Shown in pieces: positions 1 to 10,595 of a stretch of 64,000 nt of DNA (positions are counted from its first letter, which is position 1; every line of letters begins with the position of its first letter). The notes beneath the pieces were generated by a model. That model was given only the letters and a program-made list of their open reading frames with translations. It ran no database searches and was not told the DNA's origin. Made by a program: the position numbers and the translations under genes. This DNA is from Rebecca billardiae RCC1528 (Eukaryota > Protista > Haptophyta), in contig OZ251231.1 in assembly GCA_965240325.2 (NCBI GenBank), positions 2,046,001 through 2,110,000 of the forward strand. Direction: 5' to 3'.

Positions 1-339
1 ACCCTGGCCGAGGAACCCGCTGCCAACTGAGCCCGTACCCATCGCGGCCGCTGATGCCGCGTCCGGATGCGGCGGGTGCGACGGGCCAGCAGCGTGCGAT
101 GCGCTCAGATCCAGCCAGAACTGGTCATCAGAAGAGAGCTCGCCGATGATCGCGCCCAGGTCAATACCAGGGAACGGTGACGTCGTCGGCTTCGCCGCCG
201 CGTCTGCCGCGCGATGGCGCGACTCGCCCGCGTGCATCGCGTGCGTCTCGTTCATCGGCACCCTATCGGCAACGGAGCTCCGGACTGGCGGAGCAAGCAC
301 TATATGGATCTGTAGATTCTGGGATCCATCGGATCCCAT
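1..339 (-). CDS. Possible 5' part of a gene running off the left edge (hypothetical protein)
   Basis: Open minus-strand frame from ATG 339 (or ATG 255) to base 1 with no stop: MGSDGSQ...MNETHAMHAG...FPGIDLGAIIGELSSDDQFWLDLS...GFLGQG. Divergent from the gene at 1017. No recognisable domain. Confidence 0.35.
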   Translation of the reverse strand, partial: MGSDGSQNLQIHIVLAPPVRSSVADRVPMNETHAMHAGESRHRAADAAAKPTTSPFPGIDLGAIIGELSSDDQFWLDLSASHAAGPSHPPHPDAASAAAMGTGSVGSGFLGQG

Positions 340-1016
340 TGGTCAATCAAGCAGGGCTTGGAGCACGTTGGTTCTCCGCTCCGGCTGGTTCCGACGCCGG
401 AGCGATGACGGTCGTCACGCTCGGGATGCACGGCATCTCGCGCAGACCACAGGCACGGTGGCGGTCGAATTCTGCGATCAAAGAGTCCACACAATCGCGC
501 AAAGGGTACGCTGGAGCGCGAGGCTGCTTGTCACCCAGTGCCGTCGCGACTGACTCTCGGCCCGCTTAGACACTAGACAGCCATCACTGAAGCCAAAGGT
601 TGCAACCGATCGGCCCGGGCAACGGCGGGCTCGCGAGGAGCAGATGAGCAGAGCGCCGCTATCAAAGGCTGGGCCGATGCGCTTTCCCGTGATGATCAGC
701 CAGGACCCGGGCGCGAGTGGGGTTGCCGATTACTTACATCTTGGCGGTCAGCAGGCACTGGCAGTTGCCTGCAAACTAATCTATCAGCCTGCCGAGGCCC
801 AGGCCAGCTGGTAGCAGTGTAACAGACCGAGTCGGCCTCGGCACTAAGTGCGCCCATAGCACTCACCTCGTCCGGCCACGGATCGCATCACTGCTACAAT
901 CACTCCTGTGACACGGACCGGACAGCTCATCAGCTCTTGGACGGTTTCACTCAGGTCTACCGCCAAAAATTCGGCGTCTCAGCACCGCAACGATGGCCGT
1001 CTGATCAGCCCAAGCC

Positions 1017-2978
1017 ATGGACCTCGCCTCGCTCACGGCGTATCCTGAGCGGGCGAGCAGGCTCGGGGACGACGATCTCGCTCAGGCTGAGCAGCTGCTT
1101 CGCGCGCGTGTGCAGGCCTACGAGAGTCAGTTCCGGCAGCAGAACCGCAGGCCGCCGCGAGCTGATGAGCTCGCGCCGGTAATGGGCGACATGCGCGCGC
1201 TGGTGGCCGTGCGCAAGGAGCGCAAGGAGCGCGGTCGCCTCGTCGGCTCGCCGTCGTCGGCTTCGCTCAACGGCCCCGCTACGAGTGCCTCCACCCCAGC
1301 CGGCGGCGTCGGTGGCCGCTCCGCCGCGGCGGTCACAGCCGGTACCGATGCAGCGGCTCTGCCCTCACCTCCCATCCACGTGGGCGACATCGAGCCGTCG
1401 CTCTACGACGTGACCTCGCAGTGGCTGTACAGCCTGTACGAGAGCAGCCCGTTCGGCCCGAGCAAGAAGGGTGCGCAGGGCTCGGGGCACGCCCACAACG
1501 GCGTCGCTGGCCCCGGGGTGATCGTGCCGGCAGACCCTGGGCCCGGACCGGGCGCGGGCGCGGGCGTGGATGCCGCGCCGGCCGCTCAGCTGTGGCGATC
1601 GGACGGGGCCGAGGACCCCATCGGCGCTGCGACGCGCAGCCCTCGGGAGAGTGGGGAGCGGCTCGCGCCTTCGCCCGCCGGCGGCCCCGTCGACGCCGCC
1701 AGCGCGAGCGGCGCGAGGCGCGAGCCCTCGGAGGGCCGCGGTGCGCGGTACAGCGAGCACCCGCAGGTGCAGGAGATGATGGCGACGCTCAAGCTGCAGT
1801 CGGCGTTCCGAGGGCACGCGGTGCGGCGGCTGGTCATGTCGGGCTCGCCGCCCGGCGCGCCGGGCGCCGACTCGGTGCAGCCCAGCGCGCGCTCCTCCGA
1901 CCGGCTGAGCCAGCTCTCCGAGCGGCGCAACCAGGCGATCGCGCAGATCAAGGTGCCGATGGAGCTGGTGGTCGACCGCACCGACTGCCTCGCCGCGCTC
2001 TTCTTCAACGAGCGGAGGGTGCGCTGGCTGGTGTGGATGGTGCAGACGCCGCACCTCTCCGCGCTCACCGTGCTCATGTCCTTCGGCTACTCCGCGCACC
2101 AGCTGCTCCTCTTCTGGCTCGACGACGACATGCCGATCTTCATGGCGGTCAACTTTGCGGTCGCGAGCTTTTGCATCTCGGCGCAGGTGCTGACGATGAA
2201 CAATGCGCTCGCCATCCTCGCGCACCGCGTGTTCGAGGCGTGGCTGAACTACTTCAACGTGGCGCGCTTCTCGTTGGCGCTGGTCGTCACCTTCAAGCAC
2301 TTCTGGTACAAGGTCTACCTGGTGCCCTCGCTGGCGGGCGCCATTCTGCTGTGGAACTCTGCGGACGCGGTGCGCGCGGCCGCGTCGCGCGCGGCCGCGT
2401 CGCGCGCGCGCCGGCGGAGGGGGCTGGGCGCTCACAGCTCCTGCCCCGTGCGGTCGCCCTGCGATCACGCCGCCCCGCAGATGCAAATGCCGCGCTGGCT
2501 GCGCGAGTACATCGGGTACTGGCTGCTGGTGTACTGGGGCGTGCTCATCTACTGCAACTCGCGGCTCATCATGTTCGAGGAGGTCACCACCGTGCTGCCC
2601 GGCTTTGCGTACCGCGTCTCCGCCAACGACCACCTGAACAGTGCGCTGCTCGTGCTCATGGCGTTCGTGGCGAAGGACGTGGTGCTCGAGATGGTCTTTC
2701 CCGGCTGCTGCAAGATCATCAAGCGCAAGGTGCGCAAGCGGTACGAGCGCAGGAGGATCGCGGCGGTGAAGGGCGTGCAGCGGATCGTCCGCACGGCGCT
2801 GCGCCCAGGGCGCCGGTTCAGCTCGAAGGGCAAGGACACGGACACCGGGCCGCGCCCAGGCGCGCGGGACGACTCGGCGCATCCGCAGAGCGTCGCGCGC
2901 AAGGCGGCGGGCGGCGCCGCGTTGGTGACGACCGCCGCAGCCGCCGCCGCGGGCGCTGTCGCCAGCACTCTCCGATGA
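1017..2978 (+). CDS. IQ-motif-containing multi-pass membrane protein (hypothetical); exons 1017-2369, 2481-2978
   Basis: IQ-like motif KLQSAFRGHAVRR followed by about 7 hydrophobic segments. An in-frame 111-nt GT..AG intron (2370-2480) removes a low-complexity Ala/Arg stretch and joins NSADA|MQMPRW. Confidence 0.7.
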   Translation: MDLASLTAYPERASRLGDDDLAQAEQLLRARVQAYESQFRQQNRRPPRADELAPVMGDMRALVAVRKERKERGRLVGSPSSASLNGPATSASTPAGGVGGRSAAAVTAGTDAAALPSPPIHVGDIEPSLYDVTSQWLYSLYESSPFGPSKKGAQGSGHAHNGVAGPGVIVPADPGPGPGAGAGVDAAPAAQLWRSDGAEDPIGAATRSPRESGERLAPSPAGGPVDAASASGARREPSEGRGARYSEHPQVQEMMATLKLQSAFRGHAVRRLVMSGSPPGAPGADSVQPSARSSDRLSQLSERRNQAIAQIKVPMELVVDRTDCLAALFFNERRVRWLVWMVQTPHLSALTVLMSFGYSAHQLLLFWLDDDMPIFMAVNFAVASFCISAQVLTMNNALAILAHRVFEAWLNYFNVARFSLALVVTFKHFWYKVYLVPSLAGAILLWNSADAVRAAASRAAASRARRRRGLGAHSSCPVRSPCDHAAPQMQMPRWLREYIGYWLLVYWGVLIYCNSRLIMFEEVTTVLPGFAYRVSANDHLNSALLVLMAFVAKDVVLEMVFPGCCKIIKRKVRKRYERRRIAAVKGVQRIVRTALRPGRRFSSKGKDTDTGPRPGARDDSAHPQSVARKAAGGAALVTTAAAAAAGAVASTLR

Positions 2979-3277
2979 CACGGCGCGAGCAGTTCAGACT
3001 GCGCCATGGAAACATTGCGGCACGCAACGGCCCCGCTTCTCAAGCTGCTCTGAGATCACCTCTCAGATTGTAGTACTGGGGGGGACTACGTACCCGCATA
3101 GCGGCATCCACCATCTGCGCCGACGGCGATTGGCCAGAAAGTGTCTTTGCAGTTAGCCGGACGGCTTGCCCCCTCGCCCGCGCGGGCGCGGCTCGGCCGC
3201 GACGCCTCCGCGCACACAGCCCGAGCACAGCGAGGCAGCGAGCCGAACGGCCTTACGGTACCGCCTCCGAGGTCGAG

Positions 3278-4217
3278 ATGAAGCTCGTGGTGCTCGCGCT
3301 CGTCGCCTGCTTCGCCGCGGCGGACGCGAAGGGTGTGTGCAACGACCTCCACCGGGACTGCGCCAACTGGGCGAAGAGCAAGCACTGCTCGGGCAAGAAC
3401 AAGGAGTACATGATGGGCGCGTGCCCTGTCTCGTGCGGCATTTGCCAGTTTGAGTGCAAGGACAAGGACGACAGCTGCGCGTCGTGGGCGAAGCTGGGCG
3501 AGTGCGAGAAGAACAAGCAGTCGATGCTCACCCTCTGCCCGACGAGCTGCGGCATCTGCACGCCCGTGTGCAAGGACCTGACGCCGGACTGCAAGAACTG
3601 GCACTCGTCCGACCCGCGCTACGACCAGTGCGTGAGCAACCCCGAGTTCATGATGCGCAACTGCCCGGTACGCCGCGCCACCCGGATGGACTTTTCCGCG
3701 CGGGTGATCGCGCCCGCCCCCTCGCCCTCACGCGCTCGCCTCTCGCCTCGCCATCTGTCCGGCCTTCCCGCGCGCGCGCGCCCCCCATCCGCAGGAGACG
3801 TGCGGCACCTGCACGTCGACGTGCAAGGACATGCACGCGGACTGCCCGGGCTGGACGGCGAGCGGCGAGTGCCACTCGAACGCCGGGCACATGTACATGA
3901 AGTGCCCGCACTCGTGCGAGGTGTGCAAGTCGTCCGCGCGCAACGAGTGCCACGACTTCAACTCGACGCAGTGCGACATCTGGGCCAAGGCGGCCGAATG
4001 CCACAAGAACCCGTTGACTGTGATCCCGATGTGCCCGGAGTCGTGCGGCGTGTGCAGCACTGTCTGCATGGACCGCGACGAGTCGTGCCGCCCGTGGGCA
4101 ATCGCCGGCGAGTGCGAGAAGGAGTCGTCGAAGGCCTTCATGATCAAGACGTGCCCGGCGGCATGCGGCCTGTGCCACGAGCTCGAGAAGCTCGGCGCGA
4201 CCAAGGACGAGCTGTGA
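3278..4217 (+). CDS. Secretory-pathway protein with six ShKT domains and C-terminal KDEL (270 aa); exons 3278-3667, 3795-4217
   Basis: Signal peptide MKLVVLALVACFAAADA. Six C-x-D...C-x-x-W...C...M...CPxxCxxC repeats. GT..AG intron 3668-3794 restores NCP|ETCGTC. Ends TKDEL*. Confidence 0.9.
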
Positions 4218-4596
4218 GCCGGCTGAGGCCACTCGGGACCTTGGCGCGAAGCAGGACTCGGCCGCGGCTGGCGTAGCTGCTCGCCCTGTGCGAGGCCGAC
4301 CCTCTTGGCTTCGCCGCGGGCCCGGCGGACTCATCCACCGGCGGACCCACCGCAGGCCCGGCGGACGCGTCCGCGCGGTCCCGCAAATGACTGCCTCCGC
4401 GGCGTACCGACCCGGTAGCCGACGCCGACGTTCTGCCGCGCCGCGCGCGGGCGCCGCCGCAGCCGACTGCTGTTCCGGTTCGACCGTCCGTCAACTCACT
4501 AATGTTCAGTATTCTACTGTCTAATAATAGTTCCGTTGACAGTCGTACAGCAACACGCAGAGTGCCCGCGGAGTCACGGAATCAGGGCTCAGGCGG

Positions 4597-7500
4597 TCAT
4601 GCGGGCGGCACGTGCAGCTGCTCGCGCAGCAGCGCGGGCGCCAGCTCCTCGTACGCGCCGTGCTCAGCCCCGATCGCCGCGGTCACGTCCACATTCTCAA
4701 CCACCAGGCTCGGCACTGCGACCGCACCCGCCGGCGGGGGCGACGCGACGTGGCTCCAGCGGTGGCGTCCGCGGAGCAGCGTGTCGCGCGTGCTGTACGC
4801 GTTCACGAGCCGGCCGGCGACGGCGGGCCACACGCGCTCCCATCGCTCCGCCTTTGACGTGGCGGCCGCGCCGAGCAGCGCCACGTCCTGCAGCGCGCCG
4901 CGCGCGCCGCGCTCGGCCAGCTGCGCGCAGCAGCTGAAGACGACGCGCGCGCCGAGCGAGAAGCCGATCAGCGAGACCGGCCGGCGGCCGAAGACGGCGC
5001 CCTCGAGCAGGTCGGCGAGGTGCGCGCCGGCGAGCTTGGCGCGCGCGAGGCTGGTGGTCCACGCGCTGCCCGCGCGCACGGCTTGCGGCGCGGACAGCGC
5101 GCTGGGCAGCAGTGCCGTCGCCGAGCGCGCGCCGCCCGCCGCGCCAGCCCTGGCCGCGGCCGCGCGCGGCAGCGAGGCGCCGACCTGTGCCGCCTGCTCG
5201 TCCCACTCCAGACACCAGACGTCGCATCGGCCGAGGGCAGCCGCGAGCGCGCGCCACGGCCGCGCGAGCGCCGCCTCCGTCGGCTCGCCCTCCGCCTCGG
5301 CGCGCGCCCCAGCCGAGCCGCCGCAGAAGCCGGAGACGCAGAGCAGCACCTCCAGCCCTCGCCCCTCAGACACGCGCCGCAGCCGGAGCCGGCCGAAGCC
5401 GCTCGGGCGGAACTCGAGGAGCGAGCGCTCGGCCGTGGCGCCGAGCAGCGGCCGCGCGCGCGGGAGGAGGCGCGTGGCCGCGCGGCTGGCGGCGCTGCCC
5501 TCGGCCACGCCGCCCGCCGTGAGCGCGGCGACCTCCACCACGAGGGCGTCCGCCTCGGCCGCCACCGCGCCCCAGCGCACGCCGAGCACTGATGCCGCGC
5601 GTCGCAGCAGCAGCACCGCGCGCGCGTCCGCCACACCGCACAGCGTCCACTCGCCCAGCACCTGCGCCAGCGCGCAGCGCGCGAGCGGCGCGTCGTCGGC
5701 GTGCGCGGCGCACGTCGAGCCGCGCGCCGGGCGCGCCTCGCGCGCGCACAGCTGCGCGCGCGCCGCCGCGCACGCCTGCGCGTACTCAGGCGGGCGCATG
5801 GGCGGCAGCGCGGCCGCGGCGCCGCGCGCGCTCGGGTCGCCCGCCGCCTCGCCGCGCACGCGGCACAGCCCCGCGCGCGCCGCGCGGAGCAGCTGCTCGT
5901 GCCACTCCGCCGAGGGCCACCTCTGCGCGCCCTCCGAGAGGAGGCAGGCGAGCAGCTCAGCGGTCGCGCGCGCTGCGGCCGCACCGATCACCGCCGCCGC
6001 CTCGGGTGCCGCCGCCGCCGCCGCCGCCGCTGCAGCAGGGTCGTCTGGCAGCGGCGCTGGCGGCGGCGGCGCTCGGCGGGCGGTCGGCGGCGGGAGTGGC
6101 GTGGGCGCGAAGGAGGCCAGCGCACGCACGTGCTGGGCGTCCGCATCCTCCGCGCCAGAGCTGCCCGAATCGGAGCCCCACTCCTCGGCCGCTCCCACAG
6201 CCGCCGCACCCAGGCCGTGAGCGGGCGGCGGGTGCGGCGGCAGCTGCAGCGCTGCGCGCACCGTCTGCGCGCACGCTGCCGCGGCCGCACCCTCGTGGGC
6301 TGGGGCGGCGGCGGCGGCGACGCAGCCAGGCGCGTCTGAAGCCGGTGTGAAGTGGGCGTAGAGGATGGCTGGCATCTCGGCGAGCGCATCGTCGTCGCCC
6401 GCGCGGCAGCCGCCGTCGCTGCTGCTGCCGCCGCCCTCCTCCGCCCCGCCCCCTGTCGGCACCCCCGCCGCAGCCGTGCCCGCGCGGCAACGGCCGTCGC
6501 TGCTGCTGCCGCCGCCCTCCTCCGCCCCGCCCCCTGTCGGCACCCCCGCCGCAGCCGTGCCCGCGCGGCAACGGCTGTCGGCCGCGCGCGGCAGCTTCTC
6601 AGAGCCGCCCGAGCACTCGGCTGCCTCTGAGGGTGCTGGGGCGCCCTCGGCTGCGTCGCGGGGTGAGTCGGGTGCCGGCGCAGGCGCACAGCCTGCCGAG
6701 TCCCCGCCGCGCGGCCGCACACGCAGCCACACGCACACGCCGCCGCGCCCCGAGCCGGCTGCCCCCGTCACCCTCAGCTCGACACCGACTGCGCGCCAGC
6801 GCGCGGCGGCAGCCGGTGGGCGGCGCTGAGGGGCGGAGGTGGGCGGCGGGTGGGCGGCGCCGGCGGTAGCGCACGCAGCTCGGGCTGCGGAGGACGGCAC
6901 CGCGACACGCCGGCGCGGTCGTGCGCCACTGGGCTTGCGAGCCGCTGGCATCGGCACAGCGCCGACAGCGCCACCGCCGCCGTCGCCGCTGCCGCCGCCG
7001 CCACACTGCGCGCTCGGCCAATCAGGCGGCTGCGCGGGCGCCGGCTCGCGCTCGGCGGGGCGCGCTGCGCCCGCGGACGCGCCCAGCCCTGCACACGGGC
7101 CCCGCGCGCCCGCGCGCCCTCCCGGCAGTCCCGTGTGCGGCCCCGCCCGCCGCCAGCGCTCGAGCGGCAGCGGCGGGACGGGCGCGATGCTCCGGAGGGG
7201 CGACAGGTCCAGCTGCGCGCACGGCCGGACGGCTGCGAGCAGTCGCGCGCGGAGCGCGGGGCTCGCGCAGAGCGCGCCGTCCTCGTACGCGGCGTGGATG
7301 AAGGCGTCGAGCGCGAACACCTCCGCCAGCGCCGCGCCGAGCGCCCCCTGCGCGAGCGCCAGGCAGATCCACACGCTGGTGGCGTAGCTGGCGGCCGCGG
7401 GCAGCGCGCTGAAGAGACCAAAGCGCTGCATCTCGAGAAGGGCGGCGTAGTGCGAGTCGGCGGTGGTCGCGGCGGTGCGCGCGCGCTCGGCAAAGGGCGG

Positions 7501-7755
7501 CGCGCCGCAGCCGGCCGCGGCCGCGAGGACGGCGTCCAGCCACCGCGCCTCGGGCTCGCCGCGCAGCCAGCGGAGGAGCGCCGGCCGGCGCATGCCGTGC
7601 TCGAGCGCGAGCCGAACGGCGGCGACGACGACGCCGAGTTCGGGCGCTTGCTCGTAGCTCAATGCCGAGGCCGTCGGCTGCGCGGCTGCACGTCTGAGCA
7701 GAGCGCCGACGGCTCGGCTGACGTCATCCAGCAGCCGATTATCCCCCAAGCTCAT
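4597..7755 (-). CDS. RUN-domain-like N-terminus fused to a DUF726 (TMCO4/Mil1-like alpha/beta-hydrolase) C-terminus
   Basis: C-terminal GRRPVSLIGFSLGARVVFSC...DVALLGA...VAGRLVNAYSTRDTLL...VENVDVT...H is typical DUF726. N-terminal LALEHGMR...WICLALAQGAL...YEDGAL resembles RUN. Unrecognised introns are possible in the low-complexity middle. Confidence 0.75.
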   Translation of the reverse strand: MSLGDNRLLDDVSRAVGALLRRAAAQPTASALSYEQAPELGVVVAAVRLALEHGMRRPALLRWLRGEPEARWLDAVLAAAAGCGAPPFAERARTAATTADSHYAALLEMQRFGLFSALPAAASYATSVWICLALAQGALGAALAEVFALDAFIHAAYEDGALCASPALRARLLAAVRPCAQLDLSPLRSIAPVPPLPLERWRRAGPHTGLPGGRAGARGPCAGLGASAGAARPAEREPAPAQPPDWPSAQCGGGGSGDGGGGAVGAVPMPAARKPSGARPRRRVAVPSSAARAACATAGAAHPPPTSAPQRRPPAAAARWRAVGVELRVTGAAGSGRGGVCVWLRVRPRGGDSAGCAPAPAPDSPRDAAEGAPAPSEAAECSGGSEKLPRAADSRCRAGTAAAGVPTGGGAEEGGGSSSDGRCRAGTAAAGVPTGGGAEEGGGSSSDGGCRAGDDDALAEMPAILYAHFTPASDAPGCVAAAAAPAHEGAAAAACAQTVRAALQLPPHPPPAHGLGAAAVGAAEEWGSDSGSSGAEDADAQHVRALASFAPTPLPPPTARRAPPPPAPLPDDPAAAAAAAAAAPEAAAVIGAAAARATAELLACLLSEGAQRWPSAEWHEQLLRAARAGLCRVRGEAAGDPSARGAAAALPPMRPPEYAQACAAARAQLCAREARPARGSTCAAHADDAPLARCALAQVLGEWTLCGVADARAVLLLRRAASVLGVRWGAVAAEADALVVEVAALTAGGVAEGSAASRAATRLLPRARPLLGATAERSLLEFRPSGFGRLRLRRVSEGRGLEVLLCVSGFCGGSAGARAEAEGEPTEAALARPWRALAAALGRCDVWCLEWDEQAAQVGASLPRAAAARAGAAGGARSATALLPSALSAPQAVRAGSAWTTSLARAKLAGAHLADLLEGAVFGRRPVSLIGFSLGARVVFSCCAQLAERGARGALQDVALLGAAATSKAERWERVWPAVAGRLVNAYSTRDTLLRGRHRWSHVASPPPAGAVAVPSLVVENVDVTAAIGAEHGAYEELAPALLREQLHVPPA
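6397..6580. repeat. 81-bp tandem duplication (about 2.2 copies) inside the RUN/DUF726 gene
   Basis: The peptide CRAGTAAAGVPTGGGAEEGGGSSSDG(R/G) repeats. The nucleotide unit recurs at 6412 and 6493. Confidence 0.9.
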
Positions 7756-8439
7756 GAGTGGTGGCGGCGGCGGTGTTTGGCGGCCATCGTGAAGTCCGAT
7801 GACCGGGAACCGGAAGGAATCTTAGCTTCGAGTCCTTGATGACATGATGAGTTGGGGTCGCAAGAGCTATTCAATTGAGATTACCCAGGCCTGAGTAACG
7901 GCAGTATCTTCGCTTTCCGCCAATCAGCGGATTCAGCGCAGCTTTCGACGGCACCCGAGTCGAACGTTCACGTCGTTTTCGTGAAGTTGGTCGCATCTTT
8001 TATCTACTAGGTAAATACCCGCCCCAATAAAGGAAGAATCAAAATCGACGTAGCAGGTGTACAGTGTTTGCCAGTGTGACCCGCCATTCGGGCTCACAGA
8101 GGCGTTGGCGCGTTGCGACGAACGAGGTGAGCACCGTCGCAGCCCGCGCGCCGGTGCTGGCAGCGCGCGGACAGATAGGCCGAGCTGCGGCCGACGGCGG
8201 GCCGAGACAGTCGGCCTGCCGCCGCGCCGTCCGCCTTCGTGAGTTCGTCGGCCTGCCGCAATAAACACGGTGCCGAACTCACTGAGTGAACTCAGCGCCG
8301 GTCGGGCCGCGACAGCGAGGACGTGGGCCGCCCAGACATAGAGACTGCGGGATACCCGCTGTGAGCAGGCAAGCGCCAGACGTGTGCGCGCGCGAATACA
8401 GTCACGGTGCAGTCAGCGCCCGCGTGCTCGCCCACGGCG

Positions 8440-9368
8440 CTAGCGCACGCTCACCGACGCGGCCGGGGACGTGCCCGCCGCGGCCGCCGCCGCTGGCTGC
8501 CGCGTGAACGCTGGCGCTGCCTCCCTGCGGAAGTTCGCTCCACTCGCCCACAGCGGCAGGTGCGTGTGCTGCGACGGCCGCGCCGGCACGCTGCCAGAGC
8601 TCGCCACCGCGTGCGTGGCGACGGGGACCGCCTGCTTCGGCGTCATATCTGAGACGCTGGAGGTCGTGTCGGCCGCTGCCCTCGCGTCGTCCGCCGAGGG
8701 CTCGGCGCTCGACACGCCACGCGTGTGCTGCCACGGCGTCCACCGCTGGTGCGTCGGCTGCACCAGCGCCACGAGCATCTGCGCGTAATCCGAGTGCGCG
8801 AGGTGCAGCTCCCAGTTGAGCCGGAGGCACAGCTCGATCTCCAGCTTGTTCATCTCGGCGACGGAGATGCCACCCACCTGCGCCATGAAGGCGTTCGAGT
8901 GGAAGACGTCTGCACGGCGGCGGCGGCCGGCGCGCGAATGCACGGGGGGCGGCAGCCGAGTGAGCCGATGCCGCGCGATGGCGGGTGGGTGGGCGCAGGC
9001 GCGCGCGCGCGCTGGATCGCCTCGCGCCATGCGCACGCACCGTCGTAGAACTTGCTCGCCACGAGCACGGAGGTGATGACGAGCCGGTGCACGTTGTGCT
9101 GCGTCGGCAGGAAGGGCGCCTTATGCGCGCGGAACAGCCGGTCGAGGTAGACGAGCGCGACAATGTAGCACTCGTCGTGGAATTTGGTGTACTGCCGGAT
9201 ACGAGCCAGGTAGCGGTGCACCGAGATCGCCGGCGCCGCCACCGCGTCAAAGCTAGTGGGCTGCGACTGCCGCAGGTCGTGGTTGTGCCGCACGACCCGC
9301 TCCAGCGAGGCCGCAATCAGCGCCATCACGTCGGCGCTGGAGCCGAGGGCTGCGAGGGAGTCTGCCAT
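8440..9368 (-). CDS. Cyclin, U/P-type (PHO80-like), 265 aa; exons 9368-9041, 8909-8440
   Basis: PAISVHRYLARI...YIVALVYLDRL...NVHRLVITSVLVASKFYD|DVFHSNAFMAQVGGISVAEMNKLEIELCLRLNWEL. Intron 8910-9040 is GT..AG. Confidence 0.92.
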
Positions 9369-10595
9369 GGTCACGAGCTGTGCGAGACCACGCGGAGGTG
9401 GGGCTGCGTCACCTGGAGGCCAGTCCGTCTGCGTCACACCCTCTCCGGCGCGTCAGGCGCAGCCGGGGCACGATTCCACCTGCTTAGCCCGGAGTTGACG
9501 GCGCGGAAGCTAAGCTTGGCACTCCGTCCTGGTTGGGTGCGCACCCGCCGGCAAGCTTCCACGCATCACGAGCTGATTCCTAATTCGTCGGAGCCATGCG
9601 CCGGCTCTCACCACGCCCTTCTTCACAAGCCGAGCTGCAATAGCTACGAATAGGCCGGTGGACTTTGTGAGACTATGAGACCGGCCAGCTCAATAATTAA
9701 GTGTGAGTGGGTTCGAAAAGATCCTGCGCACGTGGCCGAGCCCTGCTCACCACTTGTAATTTTATGCGCGCCAATTAATTTCGTCCCCGTGGCCTTCCGC
9801 GTCTGTGAAGTCATTGTGACGAGGGATCCCCAGGATCTCTAATCACTGACCCAATGTTGTTGTCCGGATGTCGAGATTCCCTGAACGACCTATTGAAGCG
9901 GCTGGAGATCAAAGGAGATCGAGGGTAGCTTGTTTGCATTCGTCAATTACTTGTAGGGCGTCTTTCCTACCGTATTATTATCACCGAGTTGGCGGCGGCA
10001 GCCGGGAGCCTATTCACCAACCTGGGGATCTCTGACGGAGGAATCGGGCTGTCCGGATCGGGAGGGTCCGGCGCGAGTTGGAGTAGCGCGGACGGCGCAG
10101 GTCTCCTGATCGTCGTCGGCAGTGCCCGATCGTCGACACGAAGTCGGCGTTGGTGGCAGAGCATAGCCTTGAACCGCGATCAAAATGGCTCGAGCGCGCG
10201 GCCTTGAGCTCAGAGCTGCTGGAGCGCGATCAACCTGCGCTGTGGCTGTGCAGTCGGACTCAAGTCGGTGACGCGCGGCTCTAGTCTAGACTAGTGAGTA
10301 GTGGCATGCGACGACTAACCCCCCTGACCGATAGTGCACTATTTACAGTTTACAGAATAAGAGACGCACACAGCTCAGGCAGGCGAGATCGACGCCCGCC
10401 AACTGTCACCGCCCACAGTACCGAAGTGACGACGACTACTACTGTAGTTACTTGCCCTCGTCCTTCGTGACGTTCCAGACGCTCCTGTCACCTGACGCTC
10501 GTGACATTAGCTCCGATGACTCAGATGACTAGATGAGCCTAACAGAGTCTCACTCTCACAGAGTCAACTGAGTGCAGTAAAATTATACACTACAG

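Noticed and set aside
7933-8268. Short lower-GC minus-strand ORF between the RUN/DUF726 gene and the cyclin
   Set aside because: Non-ATG start, no domain and atypical codon usage. Probably UTR or promoter sequence.
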